The notes under the pieces: generated by a model | The model's input: only the letters and a program-made list of their open reading frames with translations | What the model was told of the DNA's origin: nothing | Databases searched by the model: none | Program-made: the position numbers and the translations under genes | Shown here: piece after piece, positions 14,265-25,254 of the stretch | Position numbering within the stretch: the stretch's first letter is position 1 | How the letters are laid out: each line of letters begins with the position of its first letter | Origin: Eledone cirrhosa | Taxonomy: Eukaryota | Assembly (NCBI GenBank): GCA_964016885.1 | Contig: OZ024741.1 | Coordinates: 69,254,001-69,318,000, forward strand | Direction of reading: 5' to 3' | Length of the DNA stretch: 64,000 bases

Positions 14265-14652
14265 AATTGTTTCTACTTTTGGCACAAGGCCAGCAATTAC
14301 CCAGTGCATTACTGGTACTTTATTTTATCTACCCCGTAAGGATGAAAGGCAAAGTTAACCTCGGCGGGATTTGAACTCAGAATGGAAAGGGCCGTAACTC
14401 TATGCGTCAAAGCATGGCGTCCAACCCTCTGATACTGCCAATCCAATAATAATAGTAATGATAATTGTTTCTACATTTGGCACAAGGCCAGTAATTACCC
14501 AGTACATTACTGGTACTTTATTTTATCGACCCCGTAAGGAGGAAAGGCAAAGTTAACCTCGGCAGGATTTGAACTCGGACCATAAAGGGCTGTAACTCTA
14601 TGCTGCAAAGCATGGCGTCAAACCCTATACCGATACTGCCAATCCACCACCC
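14265..14652 (-). mobile_element. Two tandem SINE family A copies
   Basis: Two near-identical ~185 bp units (14265-14445, 14463-14652) with GATTTGAACTC (B box, minus) and TGCCAATCC (A box, minus). Confidence 0.88.
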
Positions 14653-15126
14653 TAATAATAGTAATAGTAATAAAAAGGACGAGGGGTTATATCTTCATTA
14701 CATTTATTGAGGTGTGACGTACGTTTCACAATTGATCAGCTCAAGGTTCGATCTGTATCGATCAGGCCCGACTCTGGAATCAAAAGCTTGTCATGACTAA
14801 ACTATAATTGTCTTGAAAGGAAGAATTCTTTGCAACAACAGGAGATATTGAATATAAAGTATACAAACCATGTTGTTACTGAAACCACATGGTGTCCAAG
14901 ATGTTGTCATTGAACTACCAGATGACTATATATCTCTCACTGTATATATATTGCAACAGCTTCATAGTGACGCTAGAAATAGCACCCAAAACCTGTCTAA
15001 ATCTACTCTACAATGAAGGAGTAGTCAATATGAATTAAAAAAGTTATTTGTCTCTCTCTATATATATATACTCTCTCTCTCTATATATATATGTATATAT
15101 GTATATATACTCTCTATATATATATG

Positions 15127-15158
<32 letters not shown>

Positions 15159-15165
15159 CTCTCTC

Positions 15166-15197
<32 letters not shown>

Positions 15198-15951
15198 TAT
15201 ACATATATACTCTCTCTATATATATATATATGTATATATATATATACTCTATATATAGTAATAATAATAAATTTGAAGACTAAAATCCAAAGAAGGCTCG
15301 ATAAGGATAAATATATATCAAATATATAAGAACCATAGAGCAAATATTTATTAAAATAACAGATTAAAGTTTAAGCAAAGAATCACTGCTTTCACCCTTA
15401 ACGGGATCTTCTGAAACTAACAAAGTCAATCTGTAAACGCAGAACTGGATATTTCAAAAAACGTTGCAACCGGAGGAAGACAGGAAGACGATACTTTGGT
15501 TCGTGGTTACGTTCGCTGGCAAAAAACGAATAATACGTCATTAATAGGAGCGGTGAAAAACAATTACGCGCAAAGACAAAACCACGTTTATGGTATAAAA
15601 GAGGTCGTAGACTAATGTTCTCTTAGGTGGTGCATAGAGACGTTCTCTGGCAATGAACGAAAAGACGAAGATAATACGTCATATGTGGAGCGTGGGGAAC
15701 AATAGCACGCCAAGACAAAACCACGTAAATGATATATATATATATATATCTATATATATATACATATATACATTTAGGTTTGTTGGTTCACCACTGGATA
15801 GAACTGGTCAACCTCGATGTAATATTAGGGAGAGCACTCGACGTAATGCAACTCACCTGTCTTCGTTTGTGTTGTTGGTGGTACGAGTACGTAGTTAATT
15901 ATTATAAAATAACACGAGGCTGGACTGGTGTAATTCCTTAAAAGGTTTATT

Positions 15952-16009
15952 ATACGATGAACATTTCAATGACCGGGTTCAGTATGAATCCGGTGACATC
16001 ATCAGGTAT
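15952..16009 (-). ncRNA. Type I hammerhead ribozyme motif (probable Penelope pLTR remnant, unit ~15772-16110)
   Basis: Minus strand: ATAC-CTGATGA-TGTCACCGGATTCATACTGAACCCGGTCATT-GAAA-TGTTCA-TC-GTAT; stems I and II pair, short stem III, AUC cleavage triplet. Confidence 0.75.
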
Positions 16010-16250
16010 TCGAAATTTAACAAAGGAATATAATCCATGGGGCTGAAAAGGCAGAGACAAGAAGGCGGCCACACATTTAGCAGTTTTCTAGTTCGGTCGG
16101 CCGCCTTCAATGGGGAGAGAGAGAGAGAGAGTGAGAGAGTGGGGGAAATTGCACATTGATTATGTATGTTGACAAAGGGTAGAGGCAAAAATCGCCGAGG
16201 GGAGCGTTCTGCATGCTCTGTATATATATATATATATGTGTGTGTATATG

Positions 16251-16281
<31 letters not shown>

Positions 16282-16684
16282 GAGTAGAGCCTTGTGTTCT
16301 TAACATTGTGGGGGGGGAGGGCTTTGTGTTTGTATATATGCATGCGTGTGTATATATATATACACAGAGATATGATGATATGTGTGGGTTATATTATGTA
16401 TCACCATCAAATATCAACAGAGTGTGCCTGTGCATATTGTATATACACAACCATAAAGCTAGATTGCTTTATAATGTAGATTCTATTGTGAGAGTGGAAT
16501 GTGACCCTCTTCAAAGAAACAGAGTTCCTGATAATATACCAAAAAATATATATAGAAATGACTGGTGATTCTTGTTCTGAGCCCCCTTTTTTACAGTGTA
16601 TTGATTTGAAACACAAACATTCCCCTTTCTCTTTCAGAAGCCCTTTTTCATATCGTTCTATAACCACCATTGTGAAATCACATT

Positions 16685-17467
16685 CACCACCACCACTACA
16701 CACACACACACACACCACCACCACTACACACACCACCACAAACACCATCACCACCACCATCATTGCCATCACCACCACCATCATTGCCATCACCACCACC
16801 ATCATTGCCATCACCACCATTGTCACCACCATCACCATCATTGCCATCACCACCATTGTCATCACCATCACCATCATTGCCATCACCACCATCTTTGCTA
16901 CCACCATCACCACCACTATCATTGCTATCGCCACCATTGTCATCACCATTACCATCATCATCATCGTTAATATCACCATTGTCTTCACTGTCATTATCTA
17001 CTTTACAACCACATGATTGTTGTCATTGAAGTCTTCATCCGCAGCTTCTTCCCCATCACCATCTTCTATCATTACAACCACTACCATTATTGTCACCACA
17101 TCTGTCATTAACCTCATTACTATTCCCAATAACCTTGTCTTCAAAAATATGGATTTTTTTTCTTTTTCTTTTATATTGGCTCCTGTTTTGTTAATTTGTA
17201 AAGTACATGTATAGTCAATTGAATTGATCCAAGTCATCATCATCACCACCACCACCATCATCATCATCATCACCACCATCATCATCACCACCATCACCAC
17301 CATCACCATCATCATCATCACCACCATCATCATCACCACCACCATCATCACCACCACCATCATCATCACCACCACCATCATCATCACCACCATCATCATC
17401 ACCACCATCATCACCACCATCATCATCATCACCACCAACACCACCACCACCACCGTCGTCGTCATCA
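16685..17467. repeat. (CAT/CAC)n trinucleotide low-complexity tracts
   Basis: Direct inspection; source of the poly-I/T/H/M/V ORFs. Confidence 0.92.
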
Positions 17468-17469
17468 TC

Positions 17470-17690
17470 CTTCTTCGGTTGTACCCCTGGCGGTGGAGAC
17501 TTCTGGTGTCCTCGGCCCTAGGGCTACCTCCCTACTCACCACCATAGGCGCTGAGCTGGCCAGCCGTAGGTGTGAACCCCACGAGTTGGAGTGGCTTTTC
17601 CAGCGTGTCTCCCTTGTCGTCCTCCGGGGGAACGCCTTCTCCATCCTGTCCGCCGGGGCTGTGGGGGGCCCCATCACATAACATTCCATA
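17470..17690 (+). mobile_element. 3' fragment of a CRE-clade (restriction-like endonuclease) non-LTR retrotransposon
   Basis: VPLAVETSGVLGPRA..L..IG.....LFQRVSLVVLRGNAFSIL fits the PLxVExxG...FQRxSxxxQRGNAxxxL C-terminus of CRE-type ORFs; GC-rich island in AT-rich context. Confidence 0.8.
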
Positions 17691-18289
17691 TTTAGGTATC
17701 TGTGTTCTCACATGTAGACGCACGTCCTTTACCATAGTGTTATCATCCTTCTTGCATCCATTTTTGTCAGATATATGACTGATATATATTTTATTGATCT
17801 CAACCTGTTAATGAATCAGACTTGAACTCAGAACATAGTAGTATGGTACTAAATATTGAAAAATTCTTCAGACTGGTGCTTTACCATTTCTGCCTCTCCA
17901 CCCACCACCCTTAATATCAGTAATAGTTATTATTTATCCCATCAATGTTCAAGACCACAAGTGTTTTTTTAATAGAAATATAAAATCAATCATCCCAGTA
18001 TATCACTGGTATATCCCAGTATATCACTATTGACTTGCTGGAGGTATGAATGTAAGATAAGATTAACTTCAACTATCATTTGAACTAAAAACCTACAGGA
18101 ATGGAACTACGTATTATAAGGTGTCCCACCCAAAGCTTAATCTGCCCAATTATCTATATTGTTTTAGGAAGAAAAATATGAAATTGTTAGGTGTTCATCA
18201 TCATCATCATTTTTACGTCCGTGTTTCCATACTTGCATAGGTTTTGTTTGTCTGAAATTGATATAACTAACTACTGTTAGTTATATCAA

Positions 18290-18550
18290 GTGGCCTAGTG
18301 GTAAGGGTGTTGGACTTATGATCATAATGTCGTGGGTTTGATTCCTGGTCTGTGTTGCATGTTGTGTTTTTGAGCAAAACACTTTATTTCATGTTGTTTC
18401 AGAACATTCAGCTGAAAATGGGTACCAGCAATAGCTGGGGGTTTAACCCTGTGATGGACTGGCATCCTGTCCAGGGGGGAGTCTTGTACTTTGTCACTTG
18501 ACACCATGAAACTGGGATAAGCCCCAGCCTAACGAGCCTTCTGGCTTGAG
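18290..18550 (+). mobile_element. tRNA-derived SINE family C (related copies ~25680-25915 minus, 47864-48080, 54195-54300)
   Basis: GTGGCCTAGTGGTAAGG A box, GGTTTGATTCC B box, TTGAGCAAAACACTTT core, GATGGACTGGCATCCTGTCCAGGGGGGAGT body. Confidence 0.75.
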
Positions 18551-19849
18551 AAAGAGACTTTTTTTTAGACAGACTCCGCAGTAACTTGGTTTCTATAGTA
18601 AAATTGAACATCATCATCATTATCATTACTGCTGTTGTTATTTTTGTTGTTGTTGTTGTACCATATGGCTATGATAAACTGAAGGACAAAGCTTTGTTGT
18701 GACATTATAGAATACATGGCAGCTTTGTAAGTGTGAAATGGTGAAACAAGGGTGTAGTCTGTGACACATTATTTGCTAACTGTCTAGCTGTCGTGTGACC
18801 AATTTACCACAGTTACTATGACAACCACAATGTACAACAAATGATGCCGACTTAAAGAGAAACTGATGTACAACAGTTTGCAATCTCGCTATCGACTTCA
18901 CTGCAGTGGTGGTTACTGTGACAATACCATTTCAAAATCAATAGTGATGACATTAATAGTAGGTTGAGGGATAAGAGAAACGGAGTTTGTAATAAGGGAG
19001 AATCATTGTTAATGTTATATGTATATTTATGTAGTTGCATTTAATGCATATATGCAAAAATACATTAATATGCACATATACATGTGTGTGTGTGTGTGTA
19101 TGTGTGTGTGTATGTATGTATATATGTGTGTGCATGTGTATAGATATAAAATGTTCATTTGCATATTTTGGCATATATCTATAAATGTAAGCAGATATTT
19201 ACATGTGTATATAAATACACACACGCATGGACGCATGCGCCCCCCCCCCCCCCCCAAAAAAAAAATACAGACACAATGGTGTGGTTAAGGAGTTTGTTTC
19301 GCAATGTAACCGTATGATTCTGGGGTTCAATCCTACTCTGTGGCAAGTGCCTTCTACTATAGTCTCTCGAGTTAACTAACACCTTGTCAGTGAAATTTGG
19401 AAGACAGAAACTTTGCGGAAGACCAATGTGTGTGTATCATCATTTAATGTCAATTTTCTTCCCTATAATATATATAATAAATATAAGCCTACGCCGTAGT
19501 TTGACTAAAGAAATTAACCTGATAGTGGGGATTTATTAAAATCCTCTGAATGGAAAAGGATGAGCTTATAATTCTATGTAATATATATATGAAATAAATG
19601 TTAAGACAGAAGTTACATAATCATATTAATTAGTTATACGAGCTGTAGTGCAATTTTTACAACAGCGACCTGCATCAGTGTGATATCATCAGATGTTAAC
19701 ACAATTATGTAGGTGGGTTATGTTGTTGGCTAATGTTACCATGTTTACAAGGTCTGAAAAACTGTGTGTATAAATAAATGCACAGAGAAAAACAGTTATA
19801 TATGACACACAACAGCATCTCTCTCTCTTCATCCAATATATACACAAGT

Positions 19850-20013
19850 ATAATTGTTTCTACTTTTGGAACAAGTCCAGCAATTATCCCAGTGTATTAC
19901 TGGTACTTTATTTTATCGACCCCGTAAGGATGAAAGGCAAAGTTAACCTTGGCAGGATTTGAACTCAGTTCGTAAAGGGACGTAACTGTGCTGCAAAGCA
20001 TGGCGTCCGACCC
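19850..20013 (-). mobile_element. SINE family A copy
   Basis: Same sequence as the 14265 copies. Confidence 0.8.
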
Positions 20014-20355
20014 GGCATGCTTGTGTTGCATTTATGCATACGTATTTTTGTTTGGGTGTGTGTGCGTGGGGGGGGGGTTGCATGTGGATGTGTTTCTGTA
20101 TGGGTGTGTTTGGTTGTGTGTGGCTGTGTTTATGTGTGGGTAAATTTGTGTTGTGTGTGCGAGTGTGTTTGTGTGAGTGTGTTTATGCGTGGGTGTTTAT
20201 GTATGTGTGTGGGTGTATTTGTGTGAGTGTTTGTGTTTATGTGTGAGTGTGTTTATGTGTGTGGGTGTTTATGTATGTGTGTGGGTGTATTTGTGTGAGT
20301 GTTTGTGTTTATGTGTGAGTGTATTTGTGTGTAGGTGTTTGTGTGTGGGTGTGAT
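20010..20355. repeat. GT-rich low-complexity tract with ~66 bp internal duplication
   Basis: Direct inspection. Confidence 0.8.
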
Positions 20356-20904
20356 TTCTTTTAAGCCTTGTTGCTTTTTGCTGAGGCATTCCATTTGCTG
20401 ATATATTGACCAGAATAATAATTTAAAGGCAGTGAACTACATCAAAATCTAGGGATTAATTCCATTTCACTATTGTTCCATTCCTTCAAATGTATTTACC
20501 CCCACCACCTTTCACTATTTACCCTCAGCTTCTCTCTCTTTCCCCCACCCCATCTTCTTTCAATATATATATATATATTTATTTATTTATATAGGTATAG
20601 AAAACTAGTCAAAGAGAATTGACATAGCCTTGGGTTTTTTCTCACTCACTCAATGATATAATTAAGTTTGTTTTATTAAATATATATATGTATACAAACA
20701 CATATACATAACTAAGATAATATATGACTCAAACTAGAATGTAAAGAAATCTAAATCAAACCCATATTATCCATGAAGCTGGGAAAATGCAAGTCATAAT
20801 CTTACATTTAACCATACCCACCATGAAACTATACTACAATAGTCCTAAATATATACTAGCAGTGGCACCCAACATTGCCCAGGTGACAAATATATATATC
20901 TATA

Positions 20905-21690
20905 TCATCATCATCATCATCATTATCTTTGTTTAACGTCCATCTTCCATGCTAGCATGGGTTAGAGTTGTTCCACTTAAGGCAAGGTTGGTCGGGTGAC
21001 CGTGTCTCGCTCATATAGGACTATCTGGCAGGTTTTCTACGGCTGGATACCCTTCCTAACACCAACCACATTTACAGTGTGATACTGGGAACTTTTTACC
21101 ATGTTACCTACACGATCTTGATCTCATTATCTCATTTATTTGGACTGGATGTTGTGGTACCAACTTTACAGAGAGAGGGTGGTGTTGGTGGGAGGATAGG
21201 GTAGGGGTAGTGGATTGGGGTGTATATTTAGTTAAGAGGTGCCTACTGACTGTAGGTTTCGCTTTGTACATAGGCAAGGCGGGTCTTCTGTATTACTGCG
21301 TAGCGCCAAAGATCTCGGTCCAGTGACATTGTCTTAGAGAGGTGCAAGTGTGTAAAGTCGGAATTTATCAGATCGTCCCAGGTTTTTCTGTGTCTACCTA
21401 CTCTGTAACTACCATCAATTTTGATCGCCCTCCACTTTTTTATGCAGCTGTCATTTTTCATGCGCATCACGTGACCATACCAACATAGTCTTCTCTCAAG
21501 TAAACAGCATCTGATCCCTCTTATACCTAATTTCTCACTTGGTTCATTTATGCTTTGCTGTTCACGTATATTACTATTACACATACAACGGAGCATGCAT
21601 GCTTCGTTCCTTTCCAGTCTGCGCAGGTCCTCTGCACACAATGCCCATGTCTCACTGCCATGTAGCATTGCTGTTCGTATACAGGCATAA
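20905..21690 (-). mobile_element. 5'-truncated RTE LINE, family B (ORF C-terminus + 3' UTR + (ATG)n tail)
   Basis: ORF 21243-21701: ACIRTAMLHGSETWAL..RRLCWYGHVMR..GRHRKTW; homologous to 62859-63977. Confidence 0.9.
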
Positions 21691-21730
21691 GTGAACAACA
21701 CAATATATAACTACTCCATTTTTTTTTTTT

Positions 21731-21796
21731 TCTTCTGATGAGTGAACTAGATATATGTTAATATTGTCTAGGGTCCTGAAACCTTTGGTAATGGAG
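21731..21796 (+). ncRNA. Type I hammerhead ribozyme motif inside a 28-bp inverted repeat
   Basis: CTGATGA(21735)-GTGAACTAGA..TCTAGGGTCCT-GAAA-CCTTTGG-TA-ATGGAG; arms GAACAACACAATATATAACTACTCCATT (21693-21720) and its complement (21790-21817); stems I and II imperfect. Confidence 0.6.
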
Positions 21797-21839
21797 TAGT
21801 TATATATTGTGTTGTTCAGTTTCTAATTAAATTTATATA

Positions 21840-22130
21840 TATAGTTATACTTTTACTTTGGGAGAGTCATGCTGCTCTTACAAGCACACAACCCTGCTGG
21901 TTTTCACTGCAATTTATTATAAATTTTCTGTTAGTTGGTTGGTTCGATAACAGGATGGTTGTTTATATATTTTCAAAGCTCTTTTGTCACATATTCTGCG
22001 ACCTCCTCAGTGACTGGATTTTTATTTTATCGAACCAACCAACCTGAAATTCATAATAAATTGAAGTGAAAACCAACAGGTGCACATGTTTTTATTGGCA
22101 GCATGACCCTCCCAAAGTATAACAATATAT
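21840..22130. mobile_element. MITE-like fold-back element with ~110 bp imperfect inverted arms
   Basis: ACTTTGGGAGAGTCATGCTGC..GGTTTTCACT..GTTGGTTGGTTCGATAA versus TTATCGAACCAACCAAC..AGTGAAAACC..GCAGCATGACCCTCCCAAAGT. Confidence 0.75.
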
Positions 22131-22133
22131 ATA

Positions 22134-22518
22134 TGGAGGCACATGGCTTAGTGGTTAGAGAATTGGGCTTGCAATCAAAAGGTTGTGAGTTCAATTCTCA
22201 GACCAGGTGATGTGTTGTTTCCTTGAGCAAGACACTTTATTTCACATTGCTCCAGTTTACTCAGCTGTAAAAATGAGATGATAGGACTGGGGTCCCTATC
22301 ATTCCACTGCAAAGTGGTGGTGGAGGTGCCACAGCAAAAAAGCACCCAGCCCACACTGTAAAGTGGATGTGTAGGCGTCACGGAAAAAAAGCACCCAGCA
22401 CTCACTGTAAATGAGGTTGGTGTTAGGAAGGGCATCCAGCTGTAGAAATCAAGCCAGAATCAGTTCCCGTCCCACCCTTGCAAGCAGGGGAAAGCGGACA
22501 TAAAATGATGATGATGAT
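22134..22518 (+). mobile_element. SINE family B, full length, two internal AAAAAGCACCCAGC units
   Basis: GGAGGCACATGGCTTAGTGGTTAGAG head, GAGTTCAATTC B box, RTE tail CCCACCCTTGCAAGCAGGG..(ATG)n. Confidence 0.92.
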
Positions 22519-22882
22519 ATATATATATATTCCTATTTTCCCTTAAAATCAAGTGACTTCATTTACAGCAAGATTTGTAGGGACTTCTCACCTACACAAA
22601 AACATACCCCCACACAAATACACCCATGGCACCAACACTAGGGAGGTTGTCATGTCTTGGACACTACTGAAGCTCTTCCTAACCTTGTTTTCAACAAGTT
22701 TTCTTCAGCTGGATGCCCAACCTATCATCAACCGCTTTACAAAGTACGTCTACCATCCTCTCAAACCTGTTTTAAAAAAACATTGAAATAGTTCAGGCTG
22801 AAATATTATAAAGTCTACAACATTATAGATTTACTACTAAGTCTGGCATGTAACTAAACAAGAACAGTTACAACCACTCCTG

Positions 22883-23322
22883 GCCACCCTCCACACAGCC
22901 ACCACCACTTGCTACCCTCCACACAGCCACCACTACTTGCTACCCTCCACACAGCCACCACTACTTGCTACCCTCCACACAGCCACCACCACTTGCTACC
23001 CTCCACACAACCACCACCACTGGCTGCCCTCCACACAACCACCACCACTGGCTGCCCTCCACACAGCCACCACTGGCTGCCCTCCACACCACCCCCATCA
23101 CTTGCCCTCTACACAGCCACAACGAACACCACCACCAGCTGCCCTCCACACAACCACCACCACCACCAGCTGCCCTCCACACAACCACCACCACCAACTG
23201 CCCTCCACACAACCACCACCACAGGCTGCCCTCCACACCACCCCTATCACTTGCTGCCCTCTACACAGCCACAACGACCACCACCACCAGCTGCCCTTCA
23301 CATAACAACCACCACCACTGGC
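22883..23322. repeat. ~28-bp minisatellite (CCCTCCACACAACCACCACCACTGGCTG-like)
   Basis: About 15 diverged tandem units. Confidence 0.9.
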
Positions 23323-23497
23323 TAACATTTATTTTATTGGTTATAGAGATTTGGGAAGAAAAGACATCGTCAAAACTTGATATGTGAAATATTCAAATTG
23401 TGTGTAGGTGTATGTGTGTGTGTGCGCGCGCGTGTGCATGCGTGTGTGTGTTTTGGTATATGTGAAAACATTTTTATGCATTATTATAGGGTTGTAC

Positions 23498-23537
<40 letters not shown>

Positions 23538-24607
23538 GCCCACACCCCCCCATGCGCATGTGTATGTTTGTGTGTGTATATATATATGCATGTGTATATA
23601 TATTTATATATACATATACATACATGTCCTATACATATGTATGTGTGTATGTATATTTGAGGGAGAGAGAAAGAGAGAGAGTGTGTTTTCAATAAATCAA
23701 TATATATATAATAAAGCAGAAAATGAAATGAAATAGATAATTCTGCATTATAGCAGATATTGGAAACTGATGTGTGTGTGTGTGACCTTGGAGATGTGTG
23801 TGTACACACACACACACACACACACATATAGCAAGCATGGAAAAGCGGGCATAAAATGATGATGATACATATGTACATATATACACACATACACATATAT
23901 ATATACACATGCATATACATATACACACATATTTTGTCACACATATGTATAGACATATTCATACATGTATAGACATATATATGCAAATATACATTCAAAC
24001 ATTGACATGTTCACACACAGCTGTATATACACATGTGCATACTATTAACATGTGTGCAGAGAACAGACATATGGATGTATGCTCTGAAACATGCTTGTGT
24101 ATGTATATACTCACACACATAATTATACAAGTATATACACACATACATATTATACAAACACACACACACACTTACACTCCCCAAGTCTCCACTTTCAACA
24201 TATGTCTAAATGTATGTACTCACTTTCAAAAGTACATATTTACATATATTTTATGTTGAAGATATATCTGGTCTACGAATATTAGGTAAATTTAATTATA
24301 TTATATTAAATCCAAAGCAAGATTAATATCTAGGACAAAATCACTGTAGAATATATGCAAATTATTCTATTTTTCCATAATGAAATTATAGAAAATTTAA
24401 TGTGGAAAAATATAGTTTCATTCAGATTGAAACACAAATATCTGAAGGTTTGCAGCACTAAGTTACATGAGAACTAAAGGTCTGGTGCTCTCCTATTTAT
24501 CAATTTTCAGAGATACAAGCTTGTCTGTAAATTCAAATTTACAACTCCATGGCATTTTTCGGAAATTTAATCATTTCACAGTAGATGGCATTAATTTCTT
24601 GATACAT

Positions 24608-24952
24608 GGAGGCACATGGCTTAGTGGTTAGAGCATTGGCCTTGCAATCAAAAGGTTGTGAGTTCAATTCTCAGATCGGGTGATGTGTTGTTTCCTTGAG
24701 CAAGACACTTTATTTCACATTGCTCCAGTTTACTCAGCTGTAGAAATGAGATGATAGGGACTGGGGTCCCTATCATTCCACTACAAAGTGGTCGTGGAGG
24801 TGCCACGGCAAAAAAGCACCCAGCACTCACTGTAAATGAGGTTGGTGTTAGGAAGGGCATCCAGCTGTAGAAATCAAGCCAGAATCAGTTCCCGTCCCAC
24901 CCTTGCAAGCAGGGAAAAAGCGGACGTAAAATGAAATGATGATGATGATGAT
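24608..24952 (+). mobile_element. SINE family B, full length
   Basis: As for 22134; one internal unit. Confidence 0.92.
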
Positions 24953-25043
24953 ACTCTGTAAACACAAAATATTTGTTAAATCTCTGCAGCCAGTTATGTA
25001 CCCCAAATAAAATTACAGGATGTTTGTTGTGTACCTTTGTTAA

Positions 25044-25254
25044 CCATTTAGCATTTACATTACTCTCTATATATATTATTGTATTTTTGTAATAAACATA
25101 ATTATTTCACATAATATCAAATCTATGAGATTTTGATATTATTTATTCTGAGAACAATATCTTAACATCAGTATGAGTGGCTAATTACAGCCGGTTTGAA
25201 CAGAAAGCGGTGAGAAGATTCTGGCCGGATATGTCTGGTTTAAATGCTAATGGG
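25044..25254. mobile_element. piggyBac-type MITE (further copies ~40665-40861, 45555-45772, 48082-48278, 57601-57811)
   Basis: TTAA|CCATTTAGCATTTA ... TAAATGCTAATGGG|TTAA; shared ~210 bp body. Confidence 0.85.

Noticed and set aside
16407-17547. Poly-T/I/M/V/P ORFs resembling mucin or extensin
   Set aside because: Open in several frames and both strands because of (CAT/CAC)n repeats
22134-22210. tRNA gene calls at SINE heads
   Set aside because: A/B boxes present but acceptor stem absent and sequence continues into SINE body in every copy
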